Source of the DNA: a virus
Length of the DNA: 64,000 nt
Virus record (IMG/VR): IMGVR_UViG_3300034107_000136
Location: 1 to 64,000 of that record
Direction: 5' to 3' (one strand)
Shown one piece after another: positions 56,601 through 64,000 of this stretch; within the stretch, counting starts at the first letter, position 1; each line of letters begins with the position of its first letter. A model generated the notes under the pieces. That model was not told where the DNA came from. It did no database searches and saw only the letters and a program-made list of their open reading frames with translations. The position numbers and the translations under genes are program-made.

Positions 56601-58289
56601 GAAGCGGGTGCAAATAGAGTACAGACACCAATTGGAAGTGCTGAGTACATTTCAATCTCCCCCACAGATTCAAGCCAGCAGATGAGCATCTCAGGAGGCT
56701 CAGGTGGAATAGGTGTTATGGTCAATAACACAACAAACAATGGTTATTATTTTGAAATAGCAGCACTAACAAACAACAACATAAGCAGTTATTATGATTC
56801 CAATAGAAAGCAAATAGTTGTCTATCCTGTTGCAGTAGGAGGAATAGCACTTTCTGGATCTGGAAACAGGATAGTAACAGTTACTACATCTGTAAATCAT
56901 CAGTTTAAGGTTGGTGAAAAAGTTGTTATGTCTGGTTTTGTTAGATCCCCAGTCAGTTCAGAGGTAAATGGTGAGTTTACAATAACAGCAGTAACAGCAA
57001 GAACGCTCACCTATGACTCAGGAGTATCAATTCCAGGAGTTCCGACAAGCGGTGGGCAAGCAGAAATCTATATTGACTCTGGTGTAAACATAAACAACCT
57101 AATATTTTATAAGGTAGTTGAAGGACCAGATCCAGTTACAGGAGTAAGAGGAGCAGCCTACCCAGTCAAACTATGGTCTGGACTTGGAAACATCCTTGTT
57201 GACTCAGGAAGGTTTACAGGACAATATAGAACCGTTGGAGAAAATGCACCAACAGTATATGATCTTGCGGTAGAGTATAAGGATAGTGGAACAATCAGAA
57301 CCTTCTACTTATATGTAAATGATAAACAAGTTGCAACAGTAGTAGATAGTGATCCTTTAATAAAAAATAACAACATGTGTGTCTTTGTTCGTGGGTCAAC
57401 AAAGTGTATGTTTGAAAACGTATACGCTTTATCAGAAAACTATGCTCAGAACACTATTGCCACAGCAGTAGATAACATATCGCAAGTGTTTGGAGATACA
57501 GAGATAAACTCTTCTGAGGCGTTAAGGAAATATGCGGTAAATGGTTTTGTTCAGGCATCGTATTTAAGTGGTATCAGTAGTTATCAGCCACCAAACTTTA
57601 ATATGTATTTTGAAGAATTTGGCACAATACTAAGAGAAGCCGCTCATTTTAATATTGAGTATGACAGAGCCTATCCTGCATTATATGCAAAACTTGCTCC
57701 AACAATGAATAGAATTAAAACATATTCATCTTCTGGATTCTATGCTGGGGCATACGCAGCAGACTTCTTAATCTTTAATTGTTTAGATAAAAATATTAAC
57801 CTTGACCCAACATCGGGAAACTTCCTAAGAATTCAAGGAATAACATTTACTCAAAACACAACTAAAACTTTAACAGTAGATGATTATTTTAATAGAGTGT
57901 CAAATCTTGCTGACCCACAATTTGATTCTGGAAACTTAGTTTATAGTCCATTACATGCAAAAGAACTATACAACAAAGTGAAGGTTAGTAGAACTCGCCA
58001 CGGCAATCAAGAGTTTTCTATTGATAGCATGTATATACAAACAGATGCAGCAGCGAATGATACCTTGGGTTGGATTATTAATAGAACGATGGAGCCTAAA
58101 AAGAATATTGGGATGACCACCTTCGGAACCCAAATGATTCAATTAGGAGATTTAGTAAACATATCCTATACAAATCCTGAAGGCATCAATGTTATTGCAG
58201 ATATAGATACAAAGTTTGTCGTCTATAATATTGAATATGGAAGAACTTCAAGCGGGACAAATATGACGTTATATTTGGCTGAGGTGTAG
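53682..58289 (+). CDS. Large baseplate/tail-tip protein
   Basis: LAVATQSAMFFDEYNNF hub-like motif; synteny. Confidence 0.65.
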   Translation: MFQSDALKDHLQTSYTIENKSLVFAEWNLNQPENIARIGNYRYRPSGGVVDAQFATVPLTYDINDAGGYYTGATDADIVVDGGYDDNGDPISFTTAKDKMQMLYSLEDCFNPFRPRSGINKMIYLGLSGAGYTESQYIANFGSDSATRPRYYLSSKYDQFKYWTSYRTQDGVEYGVSKTMFNGRSYIDDAVPFVVYNENITANRIVIKMQTNVGETNLGDIRVGETTIPDPLYGVANQTTPVRWRVEVLKGTSWIEVASFDENSLRSDGTAIIQSDGYVELAYGLQLPNEYKDIFVYAGEISSFDSLPTSAPNGYAYLLKDNSDDKGIFYIYNEVDSEWVGLDPQYTWDIADNFVSKNSKFVTDLTNPDYFWDQGKKVYRDIEVFKGIRIVVATMNKPNCTFDLIELSPRLSADLTDRVQDFSITRTLSDLGNGKIPVGSLLAGTGQINVNDNDFAFVQNNSFNEITSQGSIVSKYLLTHVKFMFYDVIRNVDSYDYYVPIKTMYSEGLPQSQGNFDQISINLRDAYLILEASPAPSLMLTDISLSAAIMILLDYIGFSNYVFKRIQGVPDPVIPYFFVAPNQNVAEVLTQLAVATQSAMFFDEYNNFVLMTKEYLLPDIGGRDLDITLFGNKVDSMLPNIIQVSSSNKSVNNNGQINYTQRYIQRTYGSTRQSMYSDEFKTWVYTPTLMWEVTGDQTTKAINETATEQSSYSLSAMPLNSNLTADVPTVINNTMTNNILDVGESIYYIARYNGFFYANGEIIKYDAVEYSITGQATPLWINNVQEYQNYFLNIPFNGKMYPTGKIRIYSEPEYIVVGGVTVMSPGPAKIHGRGQFGTTITNHDAGINTYWTDSNNVYGCQQQGNYIYSADQVVNYPLGLEKNTAAGISNAKARESSRNGIIKNTTSQVYWTERQVNEFTTAQSGTVQSSALVFTGPNFDTGVSPRDYVSYIHKPLDNAYKHFGTRMRIIGKIEAGANRVQTPIGSAEYISISPTDSSQQMSISGGSGGIGVMVNNTTNNGYYFEIAALTNNNISSYYDSNRKQIVVYPVAVGGIALSGSGNRIVTVTTSVNHQFKVGEKVVMSGFVRSPVSSEVNGEFTITAVTARTLTYDSGVSIPGVPTSGGQAEIYIDSGVNINNLIFYKVVEGPDPVTGVRGAAYPVKLWSGLGNILVDSGRFTGQYRTVGENAPTVYDLAVEYKDSGTIRTFYLYVNDKQVATVVDSDPLIKNNNMCVFVRGSTKCMFENVYALSENYAQNTIATAVDNISQVFGDTEINSSEALRKYAVNGFVQASYLSGISSYQPPNFNMYFEEFGTILREAAHFNIEYDRAYPALYAKLAPTMNRIKTYSSSGFYAGAYAADFLIFNCLDKNINLDPTSGNFLRIQGITFTQNTTKTLTVDDYFNRVSNLADPQFDSGNLVYSPLHAKELYNKVKVSRTRHGNQEFSIDSMYIQTDAAANDTLGWIINRTMEPKKNIGMTTFGTQMIQLGDLVNISYTNPEGINVIADIDTKFVVYNIEYGRTSSGTNMTLYLAEV

Positions 58290-58290
58290 T

Positions 58291-59046
58291 ATGGCTCAAT
58301 CAAATGCAGAAAAAGCAATTGAACGGATGAGACTTGCTCAAGAGGCTACAAATGCAGGTAATTTTGCAGCCGCCGAAGCATATGCTGCTGCTGCTGCAAA
58401 ACAAGCAGCCAAGGCTCCAGCAACTGTTCAACAAGCAGTATATAACCATACCGCTCAAATAATGCAAACTTTATCACAAACTCCAACAACACCAGCAACA
58501 CCAACCCCCAAGGGTCCAGACTCTGGAGGCGGTGGAGGCGGTGGAGGCGGTGGAGGCGGTGGAGGCGGTGGAGGCGGTGGAGGTTCTTCAGCACCAGCAT
58601 CTACACCGCCAGCGCCCGTAATTCCACCACCAGCAGCAACCACTTACGCAGTAAAACAGCCAGCCCCAAGCCTAGTCACATACAATGCAGAAACTTTGCC
58701 ACAAGAACTTATTGTTGATTTGCTATTTGAGGATGTCGGTGGAACAGAGTTAATTAATGTTTCTAGGCATGATACCATTAATGGTCAAAACGTAGTCTAT
58801 TCATTAGTAAGCAACCTATCTATATTAAATAGATCATTCAATCCAAATAACATTCTTGCTGGACAGATGTCATACTCTCAATTTTCTGAATACTCACTAG
58901 ACATTGCATCAAAACTAGTTGGTATTTCATTAGACGCAGGCGGTAACCTTGTTATTGAATTTTCATCAATAGGAAACGATGAGTATGCAGAGATAGAATT
59001 ATCTAGCGATGGTACAATATATAGGATTGGAGTGGTCATACCTTGA
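58291..59046 (+). CDS. Tail-associated protein with poly-Gly linker
   Basis: ORF; synteny. Confidence 0.6.
   Translation: MAQSNAEKAIERMRLAQEATNAGNFAAAEAYAAAAAKQAAKAPATVQQAVYNHTAQIMQTLSQTPTTPATPTPKGPDSGGGGGGGGGGGGGGGGGGGGSSAPASTPPAPVIPPPAATTYAVKQPAPSLVTYNAETLPQELIVDLLFEDVGGTELINVSRHDTINGQNVVYSLVSNLSILNRSFNPNNILAGQMSYSQFSEYSLDIASKLVGISLDAGGNLVIEFSSIGNDEYAEIELSSDGTIYRIGVVIP
58525..58578 (+). repeat. Perfect 9-bp tandem repeat (GGAGGCGGT)x6
   Basis: Encodes 18 of 20 consecutive Gly. Confidence 0.95.
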
Positions 59047-60179
59047 TTACAAATAACGGAAAAGAAATTATTGCTAAGTTTTTGCTTGGTCAAGCACCTG
59101 CATATGCAACCCACATTGCATTAGGTTGTGGAGCAAAGCCAAACTCTGTGGGAGACTTTTCTGCTAAAGAGGTTATGGATTTTGAAATGATCAGGGTTCC
59201 AATTTCTTCAAGAGGATTTGTTGACGTGGGCGGCATAACAAAGTTAGCATTGTCAGCAGAAATGCCAACAGAATCTCGTTATGAGATATCTGAAGTTGCC
59301 CTATGGTCAGCAGCATCAAACAGCGCAGTCACAAACTCTGATAGCCGTATACTTTTTAGTTTTGATTCAAGCGAAGGGTGGAGACTTCATAAGACGGAAT
59401 CTCCTGGATTTACTGGGCCAATTCCAGAATTCACTGCATCTCTTGATGGTGGAGATGACACAAACGATATCAATCTTCCTGTCGTTGCTGGCGATGCTAT
59501 CTTTGCAACCACAGCAGACAACGAAACACTTCTTAGTTCAATCAGAAAAGATAGGCAAGAAGGTTCGCGGTTCCTTAATCACACCATCTTTTTAAGAGGA
59601 GACACCTCTGACATAAACTCGTCATTTGTTATCTCTGACGGAAGTGTTGGAAATTCATCCCACATCCATTTAGACGGAAGAAACATCAACTTATCTAAAA
59701 ATAGTCCAGACGATGAAATAAAGATCGCATTATCAATAGTTCCTCAACAAGAAAGTAATATTGTTATTCCAGATTCAACGAGGGTCGTCATTGAATTTCT
59801 TCAATCAGAAATAAATCCAACAGTTGGATATGCTCGTCTCACTCACGAAGTATTAAATACAGACTTAGAAGCAGACAATAGGTATGCCGTAATTACTAAA
59901 AAACTTAAAGATCTTGAAACATCTCCAGAATTTTCATGGACAGACGTAAGAATGATTAGAATATACACGTCAATACATAAGGATACAGGTGACGTTAATC
60001 CAAGCGATGAGTACTACGTTGTATTAGATGCAATGAGATTTGAAAACCTTAATTCTCCAAACCCGCTGTATGTAATGTCTGGGTATTCAGTTGTTGACAC
60101 CACGCTACAAAGACCAATTGTAAAAATAGCAAACACTAGTAACTATATAGAGTTTAGGCTTTCCGTGGGAGTTGGGTAA
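59043..60179 (+). CDS. Baseplate/tail structural protein
   Basis: MITNNGK..IAKFL..HIALGCG N-terminus. Confidence 0.6.
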   Translation: MITNNGKEIIAKFLLGQAPAYATHIALGCGAKPNSVGDFSAKEVMDFEMIRVPISSRGFVDVGGITKLALSAEMPTESRYEISEVALWSAASNSAVTNSDSRILFSFDSSEGWRLHKTESPGFTGPIPEFTASLDGGDDTNDINLPVVAGDAIFATTADNETLLSSIRKDRQEGSRFLNHTIFLRGDTSDINSSFVISDGSVGNSSHIHLDGRNINLSKNSPDDEIKIALSIVPQQESNIVIPDSTRVVIEFLQSEINPTVGYARLTHEVLNTDLEADNRYAVITKKLKDLETSPEFSWTDVRMIRIYTSIHKDTGDVNPSDEYYVVLDAMRFENLNSPNPLYVMSGYSVVDTTLQRPIVKIANTSNYIEFRLSVGVG

Positions 60180-60616
60180 TGCCAAAGATAATAATAAGAA
60201 AAGAAGAACTTCCCCCCATCAGTACAGATGATACTGGATACAACGTTCGTGTAAGATTGATATCTCAAGACAGAAACAGATCATCCTTTTGGACTCCATT
60301 GGTTACAATCATCTCCCCTCAAGTAACTGAAATTCCATACATTACTCACATAGTCAATACTGGTTCTGGAAAAACAATAAATGTTGTTTGGGATGATAAT
60401 CAAAATAATAAAGAATACGATATTTATGTAAAGTGGTATATGACTAATGGAGATCCATCAGCAATTTGGGAGTACAAAGGATCGACACTATCAAATACCT
60501 ATACTTTAATAGATCCATCAGCCCATTCATATCAAGTAAGCGTACAGAGGCTGACCTATCCAAAACAATATTCTTCAAGGTATTCTCTGTTTACATCACC
60601 AATACAGAACGTTTGA
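60179..60616 (+). CDS. Structural protein (FN3-like pattern)
   Basis: YNVRVR...WDD...YDIYV. Confidence 0.5.
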   Translation: MPKIIIRKEELPPISTDDTGYNVRVRLISQDRNRSSFWTPLVTIISPQVTEIPYITHIVNTGSGKTINVVWDDNQNNKEYDIYVKWYMTNGDPSAIWEYKGSTLSNTYTLIDPSAHSYQVSVQRLTYPKQYSSRYSLFTSPIQNV

Positions 60617-60628
60617 TATACTTAACCT

Positions 60629-61072
60629 ATGGCAATAGTTAGAGTCCCAGAAAGAGGGACGCCCCTAGATGTAACATACCTATATGATTTAGCAAACGCT
60701 ATCAATAACGTATCTAATTCGGTATCCTCAGCAACATATAATTACACTACAGTAAAAACTAGAGAAGCATCAGATCAAAGCATAAAAACTAGTGAGTCTA
60801 GGATTATTGCAGCGTATGTAGATGTAGTAAATAATGAAAACATGTTGGCAGGAACAACAAGATCATTCAGTTATGATTACCCATCAGACTTTAGATACGC
60901 ACCAATCGCCACAGCAAGTCCTGTAAATACTGGACGGACGGCAGTTGGAAACGATGTCACTATTGTTTTAAATTCAATAACAACTTCCAGAGTAGAAGGA
61001 GAAATTAAATTTGCTTCTACTGGAACGATGAGTGTAAGCATAAACTTAATCATTATTGGAATACCAACGTGA
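60629..61072 (+). CDS. Structural protein
   Basis: Leaderless after TGATATACT. Confidence 0.55.
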   Translation: MAIVRVPERGTPLDVTYLYDLANAINNVSNSVSSATYNYTTVKTREASDQSIKTSESRIIAAYVDVVNNENMLAGTTRSFSYDYPSDFRYAPIATASPVNTGRTAVGNDVTIVLNSITTSRVEGEIKFASTGTMSVSINLIIIGIPT

Positions 61073-61087
61073 TATACTTCTTTCATT

Positions 61088-61279
61088 ATGCTTACTTGTA
61101 AAAAATGTAGTGGAAGAATGTTTATTGATAGAGCATTCTCTGAACACAATCATATGGAAACTTTCTGTATAAGATGCGGAACAAGAGTGTTTTATCATAA
61201 CTTTGATCAATCAAATGGAGAAATCTCATGGCTATGGAACATGGAGAAGATGAGAATGAAAGATCATATATCCAAGTAA
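61088..61279 (+). CDS. Zinc-ribbon protein
   Basis: CKKC...CIRCG. Confidence 0.7.
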   Translation: MLTCKKCSGRMFIDRAFSEHNHMETFCIRCGTRVFYHNFDQSNGEISWLWNMEKMRMKDHISK

Positions 61280-61770
61280 TACATAGAAAAAATAAAAAGG
61301 CTTGGTTCCTTGATGGAGATCTGGTAAGAATAATTCATGTCAGTCGTGCTCAAGGAATTGTTATACTTTGGAACTGTACAAAGTCTTTACAGATGACTGC
61401 CACTCTGGTAGAATTTAAAAGAAAGAGAAAAAGAGCCTTTACAGTAGCAGAAACAGCAAGACTTCTTAACTATCACAGAAAGAGTATTCCCAGACTAGTT
61501 AAAGCGGGAATGCTTCCTCCTCCCATAGGACAACTGCCAGATGGCAGAACAGCATTTCATCATCTCAGTTATTATAGTGAAGATCATATCTGGGAAGCAA
61601 GAAATCTTATGGCTCAGACCCATATGGGCAGGGCAAGAAAAGATGGAATGATAACAAATAATAAAACCCCAACAGAACAAGAACTCAAGTATGCAATGGG
61701 TGAGGGTCTTATTTATTATGTAAAGAATAATGAAGGAAGATTTATTCCTGTATTTAGTGAGACTGTCTAG
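61228..61770 (+). CDS. HTH (MerR/excisionase-like) DNA-binding protein
   Basis: FTVAETARLLNYHRKSI..L..G.LP. Confidence 0.65.
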   Translation: MAMEHGEDENERSYIQVIHRKNKKAWFLDGDLVRIIHVSRAQGIVILWNCTKSLQMTATLVEFKRKRKRAFTVAETARLLNYHRKSIPRLVKAGMLPPPIGQLPDGRTAFHHLSYYSEDHIWEARNLMAQTHMGRARKDGMITNNKTPTEQELKYAMGEGLIYYVKNNEGRFIPVFSETV

Positions 61771-61829
61771 GTCTTGACTACTTACTATTAATCCAATATT
61801 ATAGGTCCATCAACTAGGAAAGGCTTTAC

Positions 61830-62027
61830 ATGGAAGAAACCAGAATTGCTTGGTCACTCGGTTATACTTTTAATACCGGCAATTTTCAAAACCTTCGTCT
61901 TGACTGTCAAGTGACAGATTACAAGCACGATGATGAAACAGCCAAGGAAGCATCTGATCGTATTTATCAGTTTGTAGAAAATCAACTAATGGAAAAACTC
62001 AACGAGGCAAAGGAAGAACTAGCATGA
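61830..62027 (+). CDS. Hypothetical protein
   Basis: GAAAGG SD; LGYTFNTGNFQNLRLD. Confidence 0.7.
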   Translation: MEETRIAWSLGYTFNTGNFQNLRLDCQVTDYKHDDETAKEASDRIYQFVENQLMEKLNEAKEELA

Positions 62028-62227
62028 TCAATGATCATAGTGGACGATATGAAGCAAGAAACGAAAATCCAATCGTGCTTTGTTCCTATGGAGAGAGTCC
62101 AGCAGATGCCTTTAAGCAAATGGCTAAGTTACTAAAGAAGAGCGATCTTGTTAGCGACTTTGCAAGTGTTAATGCCGTAAACACTTCGTTTGAAGAAGGA
62201 ATTCATTACGTTACCGTCTATATTTAA
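62024..62227 (+). CDS. Hypothetical protein
   Basis: ATGA overlap with the upstream gene. Confidence 0.6.
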   Translation: MINDHSGRYEARNENPIVLCSYGESPADAFKQMAKLLKKSDLVSDFASVNAVNTSFEEGIHYVTVYI

Positions 62228-62235
62228 GGAGAGTC

Positions 62236-62544
62236 ATGGCTGATCGCAAGGATAGGTTTGCACTTATCACTAGGTTCGAAAGGTCATGCAAGATGAAAGG
62301 CATGTCTGCGCCCACTATCAATAAGTACAATGAGCAGTGGGCAGCAGACGCCCTCTTGGAATCTTTTGATATAGATGAGTTGTACAGGGCAATGGAATAC
62401 TATTTTAGTATTCAGGAACGTCCCACATGGAAGGCATTTGCCAATAACGCTGGCCGCCTGCTAGAATCCATGAAGGCAAGTAAAGAAGACAGAGAATTTC
62501 GGGCAGAAATGCGACAGAAGGCAAAGGAATGGGTGAATGGCTAA
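62236..62544 (+). CDS. Hypothetical replication protein (helicase-loader-like position)
   Basis: AAGGAG SD; overlaps the helicase start. Confidence 0.55.
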   Translation: MADRKDRFALITRFERSCKMKGMSAPTINKYNEQWAADALLESFDIDELYRAMEYYFSIQERPTWKAFANNAGRLLESMKASKEDREFRAEMRQKAKEWVNG

Positions 62545-63751
62545 TCTAGAGGCAAAGACAATATCAGCAGTCTTGAATGACAAGCAGGTTCACATTCTGC
62601 TACAGGCTAACATTGATACGATTCTTAGGACACACAACGATGTGTGGGGATTCGTAAGAAACTACTATGAGCAGAATCAGACTGTTCCTCCTGCAAACAT
62701 TGTGAAGCAGCAGTTTGCTGATTTTGAGTACACCTCTGATACTGGTAGCACCAAGCATCATCTTGATGAATTGCGTACCGACTTTCTTAATGACAATATT
62801 AAGATAATGCTTCGCTCTGCTGCAAATGAGGTTCAAGATGGAAAGGCAACGGATGCCCTCAACACTCTTGTTACCGAAACAGCAAACCTAAAGCGCATCA
62901 CATCAACAGTGCGAGATCTTGATGTTTCAAACGTTGATGATGCTGTAGCATACTTTGAGAATATCAAGAGGCTACAGGAAAGCGGTATGCATGGAATCTA
63001 CACAGGACTTGCAGGATTTGACAACTATATGCCAGCGGGAATTACCCCCGGACAGTTTGGCGTCCTTCTTGCTTACCCTGCTATTGGTAAGTCTTGGATG
63101 GCCTTGTACCTTGCTGTACAGGCATGGAAGCACGGCAAGTCACCACTGATCATCAGCCTTGAAATGACGGAGGCAGAAGTTCGTAATAGATTATTTGCAA
63201 TTATTGGCAACGGTATGTGGAGTCATCGTAAACTATCATCTGGAAACGTAGAGATTGATATGTTTAAGAAGTGGATGAGCAAGACCTTTGATGGCAAGCC
63301 AAGCATTCATATTATTTCCAACGAGGGAATTGGAGAGGTTTCTCCATCAGTACTTCGTGGAAAGATTGATCAGTACAACCCATCTATCGTGTTTGTTGAC
63401 TACTTGAACCTTATGACTTCTAATACTCGTACTGAGAGTGAAGTTGTCAAGATGAAGAATCTTTCGCGGGAACTGAAGTTGCTTGCAATTAGCGAGGAAG
63501 TTCCAATCGTAGCCATCTCATCTGCAACACCAGATGACGTAACAGACATGAATAGTGTTCCTACTCTTGGTCAGACTTCATGGTCACGACAGATTGCCTA
63601 TGATGCTGATTGGTTACTAGCCCTAGGACGTGCAGCCAACAGTGATGTGTTGGAGTGCGTATTTAGGAAGAATCGTAATGGCTTTCTTGGAGAGTTTATG
63701 GTTCAGGTAGACTTCGATAGTGGTCGATTTATCTATAAGGATTTTGAGTAA
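62537..63751 (+). CDS. dnaB: Replicative helicase, DnaB-like (SF4)
   Basis: AYPAIGKS Walker A, SLEM, VFVDYL, IAYDAD, KNRNG. Confidence 0.9.
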   Translation: MANLEAKTISAVLNDKQVHILLQANIDTILRTHNDVWGFVRNYYEQNQTVPPANIVKQQFADFEYTSDTGSTKHHLDELRTDFLNDNIKIMLRSAANEVQDGKATDALNTLVTETANLKRITSTVRDLDVSNVDDAVAYFENIKRLQESGMHGIYTGLAGFDNYMPAGITPGQFGVLLAYPAIGKSWMALYLAVQAWKHGKSPLIISLEMTEAEVRNRLFAIIGNGMWSHRKLSSGNVEIDMFKKWMSKTFDGKPSIHIISNEGIGEVSPSVLRGKIDQYNPSIVFVDYLNLMTSNTRTESEVVKMKNLSRELKLLAISEEVPIVAISSATPDDVTDMNSVPTLGQTSWSRQIAYDADWLLALGRAANSDVLECVFRKNRNGFLGEFMVQVDFDSGRFIYKDFE

Positions 63752-63769
63752 ATAGTGTATAATTAGTCT

Positions 63770-64000
63770 ATGCCAATTACACATAATCTTATATCACTAA
63801 ACAATACAACTGCAATACCAGTCTCTGTTACGGGTAATCATGCTGGAAGAGATATCACTATTCAAAATGTATCTAGTTCTGCAATTGTCTACCTTGGAGC
63901 AGAGGGTGTAACCACCACTAATTATGGATATAAAATTGCCCCAAATACTGCGTGGTCTGTAGAACTAAGGGGTGGAGATGTTTTGTATGCAATATCATCT
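63770..64000 (+). CDS. Hypothetical protein, runs off the window (MPITHNLISLNNTT...)
   Basis: ATG 6 nt after TATAAT; open to the window end. Confidence 0.65.
   Translation, partial: MPITHNLISLNNTTAIPVSVTGNHAGRDITIQNVSSSAIVYLGAEGVTTTNYGYKIAPNTAWSVELRGGDVLYAISS

Noticed and set aside
1-64000. tRNA/rRNA genes, terminase, integrase
   Set aside because: None recognised by eye; they may lie outside the window. tRNAscan-SE and HMM searches were not run.

Overview
This window is part of a large tailed-phage (siphovirus-like) genome. The host is probably an actinobacterium: the window shows GAAAGG Shine-Dalgarno sites, many leaderless genes, an r1t-type holin, ThyX and a class II RNR. There are three blocks. 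(1) 1-5160 is a GC-rich (about 55-60% by spot counts) minus-strand array of 23 tandem units. Each unit has a conserved promoter-like box (minus strand TGTCAGACCCC-N3-TGn-TAnnnT) driving a 26-64 aa micro-ORF; one unit instead drives a putative structured RNA. Most junctions carry a CCCGGG hexamer just after the upstream stop codon (21 sites). Most of these ORFs are missing from the supplied track. This cassette-like array is the best candidate for an undescribed system. (2) 5339-28504 holds nucleases, lysis membrane genes, thyX and about 22 kb of paralogous virion-appendage genes built as repeated adaptor / ~110-aa domain / glycine-rich modules, many behind TGnTATAAT leaderless promoters. (3) 28624-64000 holds a class II RNR, portal, protease/scaffold, major capsid, neck, tail tube, tail chaperones with a -1 frameshift, a 3096-aa tape measure carrying an ART-like internal domain, baseplate genes and a DnaB-like helicase. 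All product calls come from motif recognition and synteny; no database searches were run.
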